The notes beneath the pieces are model-generated. The model saw nothing but the letters and a program-made list of their open reading frames with translations. It did not search any database and had not been told where the DNA came from. A stretch of 64,000 nt of DNA from an uncultured Eubacteriales bacterium (GTDB taxonomy: Bacteria > Bacillota > Clostridia > Oscillospirales > Acutalibacteraceae): NCBI GenBank assembly GCA_964425185.1, contig CAYRKX010000002.1:8791-72790 (forward strand), in the 5' to 3' direction. Positions within the stretch are counted from its first letter, which is position 1; each line of letters begins with the position of its first letter. This document shows, piece after piece, positions 63,607 to 64,000 of the stretch. Position numbers and translations under genes: made by a program.

Positions 63607-63988
63607 TGTTGTTCTCCTCTCCAGACTTCAGAACATCGGAGGTGCAGATGACATCCACACCGAGTCCTGAGACATTGGGTATTATCACATCTCCGCGCCC
63701 AATCCTCGTCGTAACGCAGGCGCGATTAATTTCATCCATAACAGTAAAAATTTTGTCCTTCGGAATTTCCGCCGAGACCCGGCAGGGTACGACCGGCGAC
63801 TCCGGGAATGTCGTCGCCACTGTGGAACAGATAGTCCGCATAGGGTGCGTCATCTCCTGCTTTCCGAAGATTTCACCCCGCTTGCAGGAATTTCCCGTAA
63901 CGGAAATGCTCCCGTCATCTTCTGTGGTGACCTGCAGAGTGCAGCCGCGCGGGCACGTAATGCACACAAGCGTTTTCGTCTCACTCAT
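63596..63988 (-). CDS. DUF1667-domain protein (third component of Firmicute glycerol-3-phosphate-dehydrogenase-like oxidoreductase clusters)
   Basis: 130 aa; LVCITCPRGCTLQV...GNSCKRG. 11-nt overlap with the downstream gene. An SD and further upstream genes lie beyond the window end. Confidence 0.7.
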   Translation of the reverse strand: MSETKTLVCITCPRGCTLQVTTEDDGSISVTGNSCKRGEIFGKQEMTHPMRTICSTVATTFPESPVVPCRVSAEIPKDKIFTVMDEINRACVTTRIGRGDVIIPNVSGLGVDVICTSDVLKSGEENNNGI

Positions 63989-64000
63989 GAAATCACCTCG

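Overview
This is a 64-kb chromosomal segment from a Gram-positive anaerobe. It looks Clostridia-like by gene content: LL-DAP aminotransferase, a NuoEF-type flavin-bifurcating module, 2-hydroxyacyl-CoA-dehydratase-family proteins, a preQ1-I riboswitch and strong GGAGG Shine-Dalgarno sites, at mid GC by eye. I call about 55 densely packed protein genes, mostly on the minus strand, and one tRNA-Gln(CUG). I see no rRNA, CRISPR array, transposase, integrase, phage gene or recognisable defence system, so most of the window is ordinary core genome. Main blocks in order: rimO-pgsA-cysE-cysS; recA-recX with a LexA-box promoter; rpmB plus tRNA-Gln; an esterase, SDR and transglutaminase-like set; an orphan 2-hydroxyacyl-CoA-dehydratase-like pair; a non-canonical P1B ATPase; dapL with teichoic-acid-type genes; aroQ; a three-gene NuoE/NuoF/GltD-fusion operon (Stn/Bfu-type transhydrogenase candidate); phoPR with a Na/Pi transporter; GT28; GH2; a P-type cation ATPase; a lipase; queDECF behind a preQ1-I riboswitch; nadE; nagA; idi-glycerate kinase-Fe-ADH; MarR plus a heterodimeric ABC exporter; and a DUF1667/AGPS-like flavoenzyme/lipid kinase operon. 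The items most worth a second look are: (1) an 880-bp gene-free convergent spacer (59.85-60.73 kb) built from a degenerate, exactly 300-bp-phased tandem duplication, flanked by GC-rich tandem repeats that recur at 18.2 kb; (2) the activase-less dehydratase-like pair coupled to a 56-aa membrane micro-ORF; (3) the P1B ATPase lacking the CPC motif and the CxxC domain; (4) the AGPS-like (HHHGIGK) flavoenzyme operon; (5) a duplicated micro-ORF unit at 5.1-5.4 kb. All family names come from reading the translations and from memory; no database search was possible.
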